Under the pieces are notes generated by a model. The model was not told the origin of the DNA, did not search any database, and worked only from the letters and a program-made list of their open reading frames with translations. The translations under genes were made by a program, and so were the position numbers. From assembly GCA_963667665.2 (NCBI GenBank), contig OY763927.2, positions 128,001 through 192,000 of the forward strand: DNA of 64,000 bases, read 5' to 3'. The stretch comes from Nitrosopumilus sp. (lineage in GTDB: Archaea; Thermoproteota; Nitrososphaeria; Nitrososphaerales; Nitrosopumilaceae). The number at the start of each line of letters is the position of its first letter. The stretch's first letter is position 1. Positions 10,274 to 20,343 of the stretch are shown piece by piece.

Positions 10274-12313
10274 ATGGAGATCCCAGAAATTCTGCCATTT
10301 GTTGCAGGTATTGTATCATTTTTAGTCGCTGGGGGTCTGGTTTTTTGGATTATGAAGCAACCTCCTGGTACAAAAGAAATGACAGATATTTCAGATGCTG
10401 TCAAAGAAGGCGCAGCAGCATTTCTAAAACGTGAAATGAAAATTATAATTCCAGTTGCTATTGCTATGACCATAATTATTGGTGCATTCTTGACTCCTTC
10501 AAACGGAATTGCATTTGCAGTAGGTGCAACACTTTCAGCAGTTGCAGGAATAGTTTCATTAAAAATTACAGTAAAAGCAGCAGTACGAGCTGCAAATTTG
10601 AGTGGTAGTGGATTAGGAAAGACATTTGTTATGGCCTTTAGAGGTGGTGCTACAGTTGGACTTGTAGTTCCTGCTATGGCGCTATTAGCAATTACTGGTC
10701 TTTACATGATTTATCCAGATCCAATCACAATAGCAGGTGTTGGAATTGGTGCTAGTCTTATTGCACTATTCATTAGAATTGGTGGCGGTATCTTTACAAA
10801 GGCTGCAGATATGGGTGCAGATTTAGTAGGAAAAGTTGAGGTAAATATTCCTGAAGATGATCCTAGAAACCCTGCAACTATTGCAGATAATGTAGGAGAT
10901 AATGTTGGAGATGCTGCAGGAATGGGCTCTGATATTTATGAATCTTATATTATTACAGTACTTGCAGCATTACTAATTGCAGCATTAATTGGTGCACCAA
11001 ACTTTTTCCTTTATCCACTTCTAATTGGTTCATCTGGAATGATAGCATCAATTATCGGTGTTGTAATTGTTGGCTCTAAGAATGTTACAGATGTGATGAA
11101 GCCTCTTAATCGTTCATTTTATGTTTCAGCAGTTATTGCAATTGCATTAAACTTTGTATTCATTACACAATTCATCAGTGAATCATCTATATCATATGCT
11201 TTGTTTGGCTCTACAGTAATTGGTGTCATTCTTGTACCAGTAATTCAAAAAATTACAAACTATTACACCAGTTATCAAAAAAGTCCTGTAATAGAAATTG
11301 CAGACTCTGCAAAATGGGGTTATGCATCATTAACACTAATGGGAATTATCAAAGGCATGCAATCAACGGGACCATTCATGATTGCATTAGTTGTTGCAAT
11401 TATAATTTCATACAGTCTCGGATCTGGTGCAGCACCAGAAGGTGAAGACCCAGTACTCTATGGAATCTTTGGAACAGCATTGACTGCAATGGCAATGTTG
11501 AGTCTTGCAGGAATTGTTCTAAGTATTGATGCATTTGGTCCAATTGCAGATAATGCCGGTGGTATTGTTGAGATGACTGGAATGGGTGAAGAAAATCGTA
11601 AAGTCACAGATGAAATTGATGCAGTTGGAAATACTACTAAAGCAGTTACAAAGGGATTTGCTATTGCAAGTGCTGCATTAGCTGCACTTGCCATGATTCA
11701 AGCATTTCAGTTTGAAGCAGCTCATGTCTTTGAGGGTGTATTGGATTTAGATTACAGTTTAACTAATCCTGCAATTATTGTTGGTTTGCTAATTGGTGGG
11801 TTGATTCCATTTATCATTACAGGCCAACTCATTAACGGTGTGTCAAGGGCTGCAGGAAAAATGGTAGATGAAGTAAGACGACAATTCAAAGCAGATGCTG
11901 GAATTCTTGAAGGAACATCAAAACCAGATTATGCTAAATGTGTAGATATTGCTACTGTGGCATCAATTAAAGAACTCTGGAAACCCGCAATTGTTGCAAT
12001 TACTGCTCCAATAATTTTGGGAATATTGTTAGGTCCAACTGCAGTAGCAGGATTATTGATGGGTGCAGTGATTACTGGAATTTTGTTGGCATACCACTTG
12101 GCAAACACTGGTGGTGCATGGGATAATGCAAAGAAACTAATCGAAATGAAAGGAGAAAAAGGCTCTGAAGTACATAAAATTGCAGTTGTAGGTGACATTA
12201 TTGGTGATCCTTACAAAGACACTGCAGGACCTGCACTAAACACTGTCATTAAATTACTAAACACAATTGCTATAGTCTTTGTATCTGCATTTGTTGCAAT
12301 ACTTGCAATCTAA
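10274..12313 (+). CDS. hppA: Membrane H+-translocating pyrophosphatase, K+-independent type
   Basis: TKAADMGADLVGKVE, EDDPRN, DNVGDNVGD, GGAWDNAKK; GNTTKA has Lys at the K+-dependence position. Confidence 0.95.
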   Translation: MEIPEILPFVAGIVSFLVAGGLVFWIMKQPPGTKEMTDISDAVKEGAAAFLKREMKIIIPVAIAMTIIIGAFLTPSNGIAFAVGATLSAVAGIVSLKITVKAAVRAANLSGSGLGKTFVMAFRGGATVGLVVPAMALLAITGLYMIYPDPITIAGVGIGASLIALFIRIGGGIFTKAADMGADLVGKVEVNIPEDDPRNPATIADNVGDNVGDAAGMGSDIYESYIITVLAALLIAALIGAPNFFLYPLLIGSSGMIASIIGVVIVGSKNVTDVMKPLNRSFYVSAVIAIALNFVFITQFISESSISYALFGSTVIGVILVPVIQKITNYYTSYQKSPVIEIADSAKWGYASLTLMGIIKGMQSTGPFMIALVVAIIISYSLGSGAAPEGEDPVLYGIFGTALTAMAMLSLAGIVLSIDAFGPIADNAGGIVEMTGMGEENRKVTDEIDAVGNTTKAVTKGFAIASAALAALAMIQAFQFEAAHVFEGVLDLDYSLTNPAIIVGLLIGGLIPFIITGQLINGVSRAAGKMVDEVRRQFKADAGILEGTSKPDYAKCVDIATVASIKELWKPAIVAITAPIILGILLGPTAVAGLLMGAVITGILLAYHLANTGGAWDNAKKLIEMKGEKGSEVHKIAVVGDIIGDPYKDTAGPALNTVIKLLNTIAIVFVSAFVAILAI

Positions 12314-12498
12314 TCTTTATCTTCAATAAGCAAAGTCATATCTAATTCATCTACTTGAGCTTGAATTGCTTTTTTCAAAGTTTCATTATGTGTATCGCAG
12401 AATTTGAAATAGTCATCTACTGTTAAAAAACAACCACAAATCCATTTTGTTTTCTTGTCACCTTCAATAGTCCACTTTGAATACTTGTGATCTGACAT
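12310..12498 (-). CDS. Small hypothetical protein (Cys/His motifs)
   Basis: 62-aa ORF filling the gap between genes; WICGC and FCDTH. Confidence 0.55.
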   Translation of the reverse strand: MSDHKYSKWTIEGDKKTKWICGCFLTVDDYFKFCDTHNETLKKAIQAQVDELDMTLLIEDKD

Positions 12499-12553
12499 GT
12501 AATCCTCAATTAATCTAAAAAATATAGTCCTTTTGGAAAAAGGAAAAAAGTGT

Positions 12554-12811
12554 TTAAGGACAGCCTTCCATTTTTTGGATAAAATAGCCTTTTTCCTTAA
12601 TTGCCTGCTCTACAGGCTCTGGTGCGTTTTGTGAATGGCAGAATTGACACTCATTTGTTGTCATCTCTGCATTTTCCTCATTAACTGACTTTAACCACTC
12701 TTTGCCATATGTGAGGGCTTTATCGTGATCTTTTTCACCAGTAATAACGTCAAAGTGCATGGTATGACCATCTTTTGCTTTGACATAGGTATCGTATACA
12801 TGAATTTCCAT
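12554..12811 (-). CDS. DUF2024 family protein
   Basis: VYDTYV..DG.MHFDV and CQFCH signature. Confidence 0.8.
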   Translation of the reverse strand: MEIHVYDTYVKAKDGHTMHFDVITGEKDHDKALTYGKEWLKSVNEENAEMTTNECQFCHSQNAPEPVEQAIKEKGYFIQKMEGCP

Positions 12812-12859
12812 ACTGTTAGTTAAAAAAAGGGATATTTAATTCAAAGATCATCCAAATTT

Positions 12860-13249
12860 ATGAAACATTCAGTCCAAGTCAAAACTCCAAACGTATCCCT
12901 AATTATTTTAGAATTAGATGATCATAACTCACCCAAAACTGTTAATGACTTTATTGAAAAATTACCTTTTACAGTTGATCTGAATGTCTGGGGTGATGAA
13001 ATCTATACTTCAGAGTCTCCAATTATACAACCCGAAGAAAGTGCAAAGTCACTGGTTCAACTAAATGATGTTGCATATTGGCCTACTGGAAAAGCAATAT
13101 GCTTGTTTTATGGCTCTACCCCTATTGGAAAACCAGGGGAAATTACTCCTGCATCTCCTGTGAATATACTTGGCAAAATTATTTCTCCAGACAAATCTGT
13201 TCTAAATAACGTAGATGGTAAAAGTGCCACTTTTAGCTTAAAATCTTGA
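12860..13249 (+). CDS. Cyclophilin-like fold protein (DUF369 type)
   Basis: WGDEIY, DVAYWPTGKAICLFYG, PASPVN. Confidence 0.8.
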   Translation: MKHSVQVKTPNVSLIILELDDHNSPKTVNDFIEKLPFTVDLNVWGDEIYTSESPIIQPEESAKSLVQLNDVAYWPTGKAICLFYGSTPIGKPGEITPASPVNILGKIISPDKSVLNNVDGKSATFSLKS

Positions 13250-13250
13250 A

Positions 13251-13643
13251 TTATTTCTCTTCAATTGGAATTTCTATAATATCTGATTCAAGAAAGTATG
13301 CTTTGAAATCCTTGTTAATCCCAGAGTAAATTATCCATACTACAGGGTTACTGTCCATGAATTTTTTGTCTGTATTTGATGGGTATGCATCTGAATTAGG
13401 ATGCGAATGAAATATGCCAATCACTTGTACCTTTTTTTCTTCTGCAATCTTGTATACTTCAATTAGTTGTTCATTTGAAATTGTAAAATTTACTGATGAC
13501 TCGTCAATGTTTTTAGTTAAAAATACTTCAGAGACCAGATTATCTTTTCCAAATAGTATTGCACATGATTCATTGGGTTTTTCATTTTCTGCGTGTTTAG
13601 TTAGAATTTTTTTATCTGATTCTGATAAAATGATTTTCTGCAA
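13251..13643 (-). CDS. JAMM/MPN+ metalloprotease (desampylase-like)
   Basis: PNESC and FHSHPNSDAYPSNTD (HxH-x7-S-x2-D). Confidence 0.9.
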   Translation of the reverse strand: MQKIILSESDKKILTKHAENEKPNESCAILFGKDNLVSEVFLTKNIDESSVNFTISNEQLIEVYKIAEEKKVQVIGIFHSHPNSDAYPSNTDKKFMDSNPVVWIIYSGINKDFKAYFLESDIIEIPIEEK

Positions 13644-13645
13644 CT

Positions 13646-14749
13646 CTATTCTACGTTAACAGTTCCAAGCATCCATGGATGAAATGTACAATAATAATCC
13701 TGACTTCCTACTTCAGTAAATGTAAATTCATACATGTCACCTACTGCCATCATTTCTGAATCAAATAATCCATTTGCTCCTCCTGTAGGATCACCTGAAG
13801 TTGCAGTATGTATTGTGCTATCTAGATTTTCCCATACTACTGTTGTTCCAACTGTTACATCAATTACTTGAGGATCAAAATAGATTTGCCCATCTTCTGG
13901 AATTTCTGCTCCTTCAGGAATTCCTGCTCCTTCAGGAATTCCTACCTTGACTGGTTCTTTTGGTTCTTCAATGACTAATGTTGCAACCGCCCAATGATGT
14001 ACAATACACAAATATCCATATTCTCCTGCTGCTAAATTAGTTGTATCCAAACTAAAGACATCCCCTTCACTCATTAAACCAGAATCAAATGTTTCTCCAA
14101 AGTCTACTGCACTAGTTACTGTATGTGTTACTGTATCTTCATTAGTCCATTCAACTGTATATCCTTGCGTAACAACTGCTATATCTGGCGTGTAATCTGG
14201 ATTTCCTTCTTCAAATGAATCTTTTAAAATTTGAATTGCAAAGATTGGTCCTGTTGGTGTAACTTCAACATGTTCTTCAACTTGTTGTGGAATCATGTAT
14301 GTATCAGGACTTACAAATCCAAATGCAAACCACATGATAATCCCAGTAGCTGCTGCCATTGCAACAATGGATCCAACTGGTTTTACTATACTTGGATGCT
14401 TCATTGCAAGATATGCTATGATGATTGCAGGGAATCCAATTGCCATTAAAAGTCCTGCTAGTGTAACTGTAAAGGCTGATGTGTTGTTAATTGCCAAAGC
14501 ATACATTCCAAACGATAATGAAATTCCCAAAACTACCAAAGTTGTTGCCTTTGCTTTGTTACTAGTTGAAATTCCTCCATCTAAGATACCTACTGCTAAG
14601 AAAATCAATCCTACAAACATGACAAGTCCGCTTAGGGCATGTAAACCATCAATGAATGTATGTGCAATACCTGCATAAGATAACACAACGCCAGCTAAGC
14701 CTATGGCTGTTAATCCCATTCCTGGCATCATGAGGTCCCAATTACTCAT
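13646..14749 (-). CDS. Membrane-anchored two-domain blue (type-1) copper protein
   Basis: Several N-terminal TM helices, then two cupredoxin domains (HTVTS...CIVHHWA; HTATS...CTFHPWM). Confidence 0.85.
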   Translation of the reverse strand: MSNWDLMMPGMGLTAIGLAGVVLSYAGIAHTFIDGLHALSGLVMFVGLIFLAVGILDGGISTSNKAKATTLVVLGISLSFGMYALAINNTSAFTVTLAGLLMAIGFPAIIIAYLAMKHPSIVKPVGSIVAMAAATGIIMWFAFGFVSPDTYMIPQQVEEHVEVTPTGPIFAIQILKDSFEEGNPDYTPDIAVVTQGYTVEWTNEDTVTHTVTSAVDFGETFDSGLMSEGDVFSLDTTNLAAGEYGYLCIVHHWAVATLVIEEPKEPVKVGIPEGAGIPEGAEIPEDGQIYFDPQVIDVTVGTTVVWENLDSTIHTATSGDPTGGANGLFDSEMMAVGDMYEFTFTEVGSQDYYCTFHPWMLGTVNVE

Positions 14750-14847
14750 TCAAGATAGATGATAGGACTGAGATACTTATTCCTTTTGAAACATTATAGA
14801 TCGTATAGACGAAGAAATTAAATGGCTTTGGACTAGGATAGAGTGAA

Positions 14848-15735
14848 TTGGGATTTAATGAAATAATGGAGATATCCAAACCCCGGATAGTTGTTCTTCT
14901 AGTTATTACTGCAGTAACTTCCATGTATGCCGCAAGTAAACTAGTCGATGGTGTTCCTGAACTTGATTATTGGTCATATTTGCACATAATTATTGCAGGA
15001 ACATTAGCATCTGCAGGATCTAGTGCACTAAATCACTATTATGACAAAGACATTGATCCAAAAATGAAGCGAACTAGTACAAGACCTATTCCATCTGGAA
15101 GAATGTCAGCATCTAATGTTTTGATTTATGGCGTTGTTGTGAGCTGCATATCTGTAATCTATGGATTTTTTGCATTAAATGCAGTTACTGCTTTCTTTAT
15201 TGCAGTAGGAATTTTCTCTTATGTTATAATTTACACAGTCTGGCTGAAACGTCGAAACTCTTCAAACATTGTAATTGGAGGAATTGCTGGTAGTGCTGCT
15301 GCTTGGGCTGGTTGGGCTGCAGCCACTGGTAGTATGGATTTGTTAGGATTCTTAGTTGGTTTCTTGGTCTTTGTTTGGACTCCTTCTCACTTTTGGTGTC
15401 TTGCAATGAAAATTAAAGATGAATATGAACAAGCAGGAGTTCCAATGTTGCCTGTTGTAATTGGTATGCAAAAAACATCAAAGTTCATTTTAGGAAACAC
15501 AATAATTTTAGTTCCTTATTCTTTGATACTTTCATTTATTCCCGATGGAATGGGAGTTGTTTATACCGTAATTGCACTAATCTCTGGTGGATTAATGCTT
15601 GTATATCATTACAAATTAACAAAGAATCCTACATCTGAATTTGCTTGGAAAGCATACAAAGTTACAGCACCATATCTTACAATAATTTTTGTAGCAGTTG
15701 CATTAGATGCAGCATTCCATATGCCTTTATTCTAA
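14848..15735 (+). CDS. ctaB: Protoheme IX farnesyltransferase (heme o synthase)
   Basis: KPRIV, DIDPKMKRTSTRPIPSG, WTPSHFW, AGVPMLPV. Confidence 0.93.
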   Translation: MGFNEIMEISKPRIVVLLVITAVTSMYAASKLVDGVPELDYWSYLHIIIAGTLASAGSSALNHYYDKDIDPKMKRTSTRPIPSGRMSASNVLIYGVVVSCISVIYGFFALNAVTAFFIAVGIFSYVIIYTVWLKRRNSSNIVIGGIAGSAAAWAGWAAATGSMDLLGFLVGFLVFVWTPSHFWCLAMKIKDEYEQAGVPMLPVVIGMQKTSKFILGNTIILVPYSLILSFIPDGMGVVYTVIALISGGLMLVYHYKLTKNPTSEFAWKAYKVTAPYLTIIFVAVALDAAFHMPLF

Positions 15736-15739
15736 AAAA

Positions 15740-16036
15740 TTATTTTTCAAAACCTGGGAAACTTGCTTCGTAATCTTTTTCCATTGCTTCCCTGTTTTGT
15801 TCTTCAACTTTGTTTATCTCTTTTTCAACAACGACAACTTCTATTCTACGCTCCTCTTTTGTAATCCATATTACAGTAATGAGTCCAAGAATCTCTAAAT
15901 CCAAAAGTACTTTGTTGAATTTGTCTTCAGGAAGTACATATCCTTCTTTTACTAAGATTTTAAAAAGCTTAACATCCGTTAACGAATTTGCTTCCTTAAT
16001 CTTATCATATACTGTATTTCGTAGTGGAATTGCCAT
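15740..16036 (-). CDS. Conserved hypothetical protein, possibly winged-helix
   Basis: Directly downstream of cdc48 in the same orientation; FNKVLLDLEILGLITV. Confidence 0.7.
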   Translation of the reverse strand: MAIPLRNTVYDKIKEANSLTDVKLFKILVKEGYVLPEDKFNKVLLDLEILGLITVIWITKEERRIEVVVVEKEINKVEEQNREAMEKDYEASFPGFEK

Positions 16037-16038
16037 TT

Positions 16039-18207
16039 TTATCCGTAGAATGTTTTATCTCCTGACTTGGGTACCACGTTAGATATACTTTCTCTTACCG
16101 TGTTATACCATTGATCAACTTCTTTAGTAATAGATGGCCTAACTTTCTTCAAACTATTTGCAAAGTCTTGGCTTGAAATTTTTGCTGAACTGCTTCTCAT
16201 TGCTAAAACTGCTGCTTCTCTACAAAGTGCTGCTAAATCAGCACCTGTATAATTTTGCGTGGCTATTGCAATCTCTTGTAATTTAACATCATTTACCAAT
16301 GGCATCTTTTTTGTTAAAATTTTGATAATCTCTAGTCGTCCTTTTTCATCTGGAGGTTCTACATATAGGACTAAATCCAGCCTTCCTGTTCTAAGCAAGG
16401 AATTATCTAAAATGTCTGGTCTGTTTGTAATTCCAATAACTACTACTCGTGCAGAAATACCTTCTTCGATTTCTGTTAGCAATTGACTTAGAACATTTTC
16501 ACTTGCTCCGCTGTCTCCTGTTCTGTTCCGTGCTAGTGAGTCTAGTTCATCAAAGATTACTACACATGGTGCTGCTGCTTTTGCTTTTCTAAATATCTCT
16601 CTAACAGCTTTTTCAGATTCTCCTATCCATTTTGAAAGAATTTCAGGTCCTCTAACTAAAATCATATTTGCGCCAGTTTCAGTTGCAAGTGCTCGTCCAA
16701 GAAGTGTTTTACCACATCCTGGAGGTCCATAAATCAAAGCTCCTCTTGGTGGTCTGATTCCCATCTTTGTGAATTTCTTTGGCTCTTTCATTGCTATAAT
16801 GAGATTGTCTGTTAATGCTTTTTTGACATCATCTAGTCCTCCTACATCTTTCCACCACACTTTTGGTCTTTCAACATAAAATTCTCTCATCGCTGTAGGG
16901 ACCACTTCATGCATTGCATCATAAAAGTCGATTAACTTGATCTGCATTGATTGTAATACTTCAGATGGAATCTTTTCTGTTTCAAGATCTATGTCCGGCA
17001 GGTACCTTCTAATTGATTTCATTGCAGCTTCCCTGCAAAGTGATTTAATGTCTGCACCAGTATATCCATGCAGTTCTGAACTCAAATCTTTTAGATCAAT
17101 GTCCTCGTTTAATGGCATTCCTCTAGTGTGAATTAAAAGAATCTCTAGTCTTCCATCATCATTAGGTACCGATATCTCAAATTCTCTATCAAATCTACCT
17201 GGTCTTCTTAGTGCAGGATCAACACTGTCTGGTCTATTTGTGGCTCCAAGTACAATGACATTTCCTCTGTCATCAAGACCATCCATTAATGCTAATAATT
17301 GAGCAACAACTCTTTTTTCAACATCACCGTAAGCTTCTTCTCTTTTTGGTGCAATTGCATCAATCTCATCAATGAATATTATACTTGGGGAATTGTCTTT
17401 AGCTTCTTTGAAAATATCTCTTAGCTTTGCTTCTGTTTCACCATAATACTTGTTCATAATTTCTGGACCGTTAATAGGAAACATGTTGGCTTCTGATTCA
17501 CTGGCAATAACTTTTGCAAGTAATGTCTTTCCACATCCCGGAGGACCATAAAGTAAAATTCCACTATGTGGTTCAATTCCTAATCGTACAAACAATTCTG
17601 GATGCTTTAGTGGAAGCTCTACAATCTCTCTCATTGCTTTAACTTCTTGTCTTAGTCCACCAACTTCTTCATAAGTTACTCTAACTTTTCTATCAACTGC
17701 AGTTTCTGTAGAAATGACAAGAGTTGTGGAACGATCCATCTTGACTACTCCTTTTGGAGTAGTCTTTGTAATTTTAAAGTCCATGGAATTTCCTAAAATC
17801 ATTACAGAAATTTCATCACCATGTGTAATTGGCAATCCCTTCAATCTATTTTTAACAAAATCTGTAAATTCTTTGTCAACTGTAACTGAATCATTTACTG
17901 GTATCAGGGAAACTGATTTTGCAAATTTTGTTGCCACTTTTCTAATTTTTACGATATCATTTAGTGAGCCACCAACATTTTTTCTTGTTTGTCCATCAAC
18001 TCTTATGATGTCTGGAAACTTTTCATCTTCATCAACTGGCCATACAACTGCACAACTAGATCTTGAACCCATTACTTCAATAATATCACCGGGAGTAACT
18101 TTGAGAAAATCCATGGCTTCAGGTCCAATTCTAGCCCGTTTTTTACCTACATCTCTTTGCTTTGCTTCTCCAATTCGCATTTGCAAAGGCTCTTCTTTGC
18201 GTACCAA
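16039..18207 (-). CDS. cdc48: CDC48/VAT AAA+ ATPase
   Basis: N-domain plus two AAA modules (GPPGCGKT twice; DEID/DELD; PALRRPGRFD). Confidence 0.96.
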   Translation of the reverse strand: MVRKEEPLQMRIGEAKQRDVGKKRARIGPEAMDFLKVTPGDIIEVMGSRSSCAVVWPVDEDEKFPDIIRVDGQTRKNVGGSLNDIVKIRKVATKFAKSVSLIPVNDSVTVDKEFTDFVKNRLKGLPITHGDEISVMILGNSMDFKITKTTPKGVVKMDRSTTLVISTETAVDRKVRVTYEEVGGLRQEVKAMREIVELPLKHPELFVRLGIEPHSGILLYGPPGCGKTLLAKVIASESEANMFPINGPEIMNKYYGETEAKLRDIFKEAKDNSPSIIFIDEIDAIAPKREEAYGDVEKRVVAQLLALMDGLDDRGNVIVLGATNRPDSVDPALRRPGRFDREFEISVPNDDGRLEILLIHTRGMPLNEDIDLKDLSSELHGYTGADIKSLCREAAMKSIRRYLPDIDLETEKIPSEVLQSMQIKLIDFYDAMHEVVPTAMREFYVERPKVWWKDVGGLDDVKKALTDNLIIAMKEPKKFTKMGIRPPRGALIYGPPGCGKTLLGRALATETGANMILVRGPEILSKWIGESEKAVREIFRKAKAAAPCVVIFDELDSLARNRTGDSGASENVLSQLLTEIEEGISARVVVIGITNRPDILDNSLLRTGRLDLVLYVEPPDEKGRLEIIKILTKKMPLVNDVKLQEIAIATQNYTGADLAALCREAAVLAMRSSSAKISSQDFANSLKKVRPSITKEVDQWYNTVRESISNVVPKSGDKTFYG

Positions 18208-18215
18208 AAAATCAC

Positions 18216-18497
18216 CTATTTCATGTCAACTGACATTCTGCTCATATTGAGAACTTCAAATTCACTGACGCCCTCAGTTTCTTTAACAGAATTTTCTAAT
18301 GCATCCATTTGTCCTTCTTTGTCTTCTAAAACAAATTCTGCCTTTAGAAATTCTAATCCAAAAGCTAATGGTTCTTTGAGATGTCTTTTCATTGTAATTC
18401 CTTCTTTTAGTGATGACTTGATAGATTCTGCTAATTTGTCTAGGTCTACTTCAATATCCTTAGGAAGAATTTTTGTAATTAGTAGTAACTGTGCCAT
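18216..18497 (-). CDS. ef1b: Elongation factor 1-beta
   Basis: KILP, EPLAFGL; adjacent to the conserved zinc-finger gene. Confidence 0.9.
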   Translation of the reverse strand: MAQLLLITKILPKDIEVDLDKLAESIKSSLKEGITMKRHLKEPLAFGLEFLKAEFVLEDKEGQMDALENSVKETEGVSEFEVLNMSRMSVDMK

Positions 18498-18501
18498 TTT
18501 T

Positions 18502-18705
18502 TTATGGTCCCTGAAAATTACATGAAGAACAAATATAGTTTCTTGCTGCTTCTCTGCAACTTTGACATCTCCATATTAGATCAACGCCGCAATCAGGGCA
18601 ATTGAATTTTACACATTTATCATTAGGCATAATATATCTGTGACAGCAACTACATGTTGGTAGTGAAATAGTAGATGACATACCCCGATTTTCTGTAAAC
18701 ATCAT
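18502..18705 (-). CDS. DUF1610/HVO_2753-like zinc-finger protein
   Basis: [26 protein letters not shown]; upstream of EF-1beta. Confidence 0.88.
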   Translation of the reverse strand: MMFTENRGMSSTISLPTCSCCHRYIMPNDKCVKFNCPDCGVDLIWRCQSCREAARNYICSSCNFQGP

Positions 18706-18734
18706 TTATACCTTGCTTAGAATTTGAGCACATT

Positions 18735-19871
18735 TTAGCTAAGTAATTTTTTTAATTCACCACCGATTAGGGTTTGTGCAGTTTTAATCGATCCTTTCAT
18801 TCCTAGTAATTTTATAATTGAGCTAGTATGAAAATCAAAATCATCTTTTTCTGAAATCTCTTTTATGATCTCTGGTGTAATTGATTCAAATAATTTATTG
18901 ATTGTATTGTTATCTATTCCCTCTAAAATTTTTCTTGCAAATACTTGTTTTTCAAATTCTTTTCCAAATCTTTGTGTCCATTTTTTTTGATATTCTTCAA
19001 GATCTGTTTTGTTATTTGTTTTCAAAAACTTGGATATTGCTTGTCCTGCATAAACTCCTCCCATTCCACTAGTAAAAATTCCACCTGCAGTTGTTGGTTT
19101 TGCTTGTCCTGCAGCATCACCAATAATTACTGTTTTTCCTTCAACAAACTTTGCAATAGGTCCTTTTACCCATATTGGAGCAAAAATTTTTCTAATTGTT
19201 GAATAATTTCCTTTTTCTTCAAGAATTTTTTCTAATGTTTCAGAGATATTGATTCCTCTTCCTGCAATTCCTACTTTGCCTTTACCTTCATTAGATGGAA
19301 TTATCCATGCAAAGAATCCAGGATATTTTTCTTGGTCAAAAATCACTTCTACTTTACCCTTCTTAATCCAATCTGCATAAATTTCGTATTGTGCTGATAA
19401 TAAAATTCCCGTTCTATCTTTGTGTATAAGTGATGAGACTCCTCTTGCATCAACAAAGATCTTACAATCAATTATCTCTTCATTTGTTCTAACTCCTGTG
19501 TCGGTAATTTCTTGAAAACTTGTTTTGACTTTGATTACTGCCCCATTTTTCTGAGCTTGAAACGCTATCTGTTTATCTAATTCTCTTCTACTAATTTCAA
19601 CTACTTTTTGTTTCTTTGAATTAATTGTAAAACTATTTCCATTAGGTGCTGTGATTTTAGCAGATTCTATCATATGATCAAAAGTTTTTCTAAATAGGAT
19701 TACTCCTAGTTCTTCCAAGCCTGCAATGCTGACTAATCCACCACAATGTTCAGGAGTTCCTATCTCATAGTCTTCTTCAATTACAAGTACTGAAAATCCC
19801 TCTGAAGCAATTTCTCTTGCACATAATAATCCTGCAACACTTCCTCCAGCAACTACAGCATCAAAGTTCAC
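18735..19871 (-). CDS. FAD-dependent oxidoreductase, geranylgeranyl reductase family
   Basis: VAGGSVAG, HCGG, FAWIIP, GDAAGQAKPTTAGGI. Confidence 0.85.
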   Translation of the reverse strand: MNFDAVVAGGSVAGLLCAREIASEGFSVLVIEEDYEIGTPEHCGGLVSIAGLEELGVILFRKTFDHMIESAKITAPNGNSFTINSKKQKVVEISRRELDKQIAFQAQKNGAVIKVKTSFQEITDTGVRTNEEIIDCKIFVDARGVSSLIHKDRTGILLSAQYEIYADWIKKGKVEVIFDQEKYPGFFAWIIPSNEGKGKVGIAGRGINISETLEKILEEKGNYSTIRKIFAPIWVKGPIAKFVEGKTVIIGDAAGQAKPTTAGGIFTSGMGGVYAGQAISKFLKTNNKTDLEEYQKKWTQRFGKEFEKQVFARKILEGIDNNTINKLFESITPEIIKEISEKDDFDFHTSSIIKLLGMKGSIKTAQTLIGGELKKLLS

Positions 19872-19937
19872 AGATTTTGTTTCTTTGTCAATTATTTAAC
19901 TCAAAAGTTTTACATCAAGCCTGTATTTGATTACAAT

Positions 19938-20291
19938 ATGGGAGATATCAAACAAGTAATTATTGTTAGAACTGATCTAGATATGGGCAAAGGAAAGATA
20001 GCAGCACAAGTAGGTCATGCTTGCGTTCTTGGAGCAGAACATGTGAGAAAATCTCATCCTGAATGGTATGGTGAATGGCTGGAAGGGCAAGAAAAGGTTG
20101 TACTGAAAGTTTCTGGCATTAAAGATTTACAAGAAATAAAAAGACATGCAATTGATTTGAATCTTCCATGGTCTGAAGTCACAGATGCAGGACATACCCA
20201 GATAGCCCCTGGAACAACAACATGTATTTCAATTGGCCCAGCTCCTGAAAATCTAATTGATAAAATAACTGGTGATTTGAAATTACTATAA
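19938..20291 (+). CDS. pth2: Peptidyl-tRNA hydrolase Pth2
   Basis: MGKGKIAAQVGHA, DAGHTQIAPGT, ITGDLKLL. Confidence 0.95.
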   Translation: MGDIKQVIIVRTDLDMGKGKIAAQVGHACVLGAEHVRKSHPEWYGEWLEGQEKVVLKVSGIKDLQEIKRHAIDLNLPWSEVTDAGHTQIAPGTTTCISIGPAPENLIDKITGDLKLL

Positions 20292-20343
20292 CTTGGAAAC
20301 TTTTTTGGAATAAGATATAACAAGGCTAGATATTTTTTGAGAT

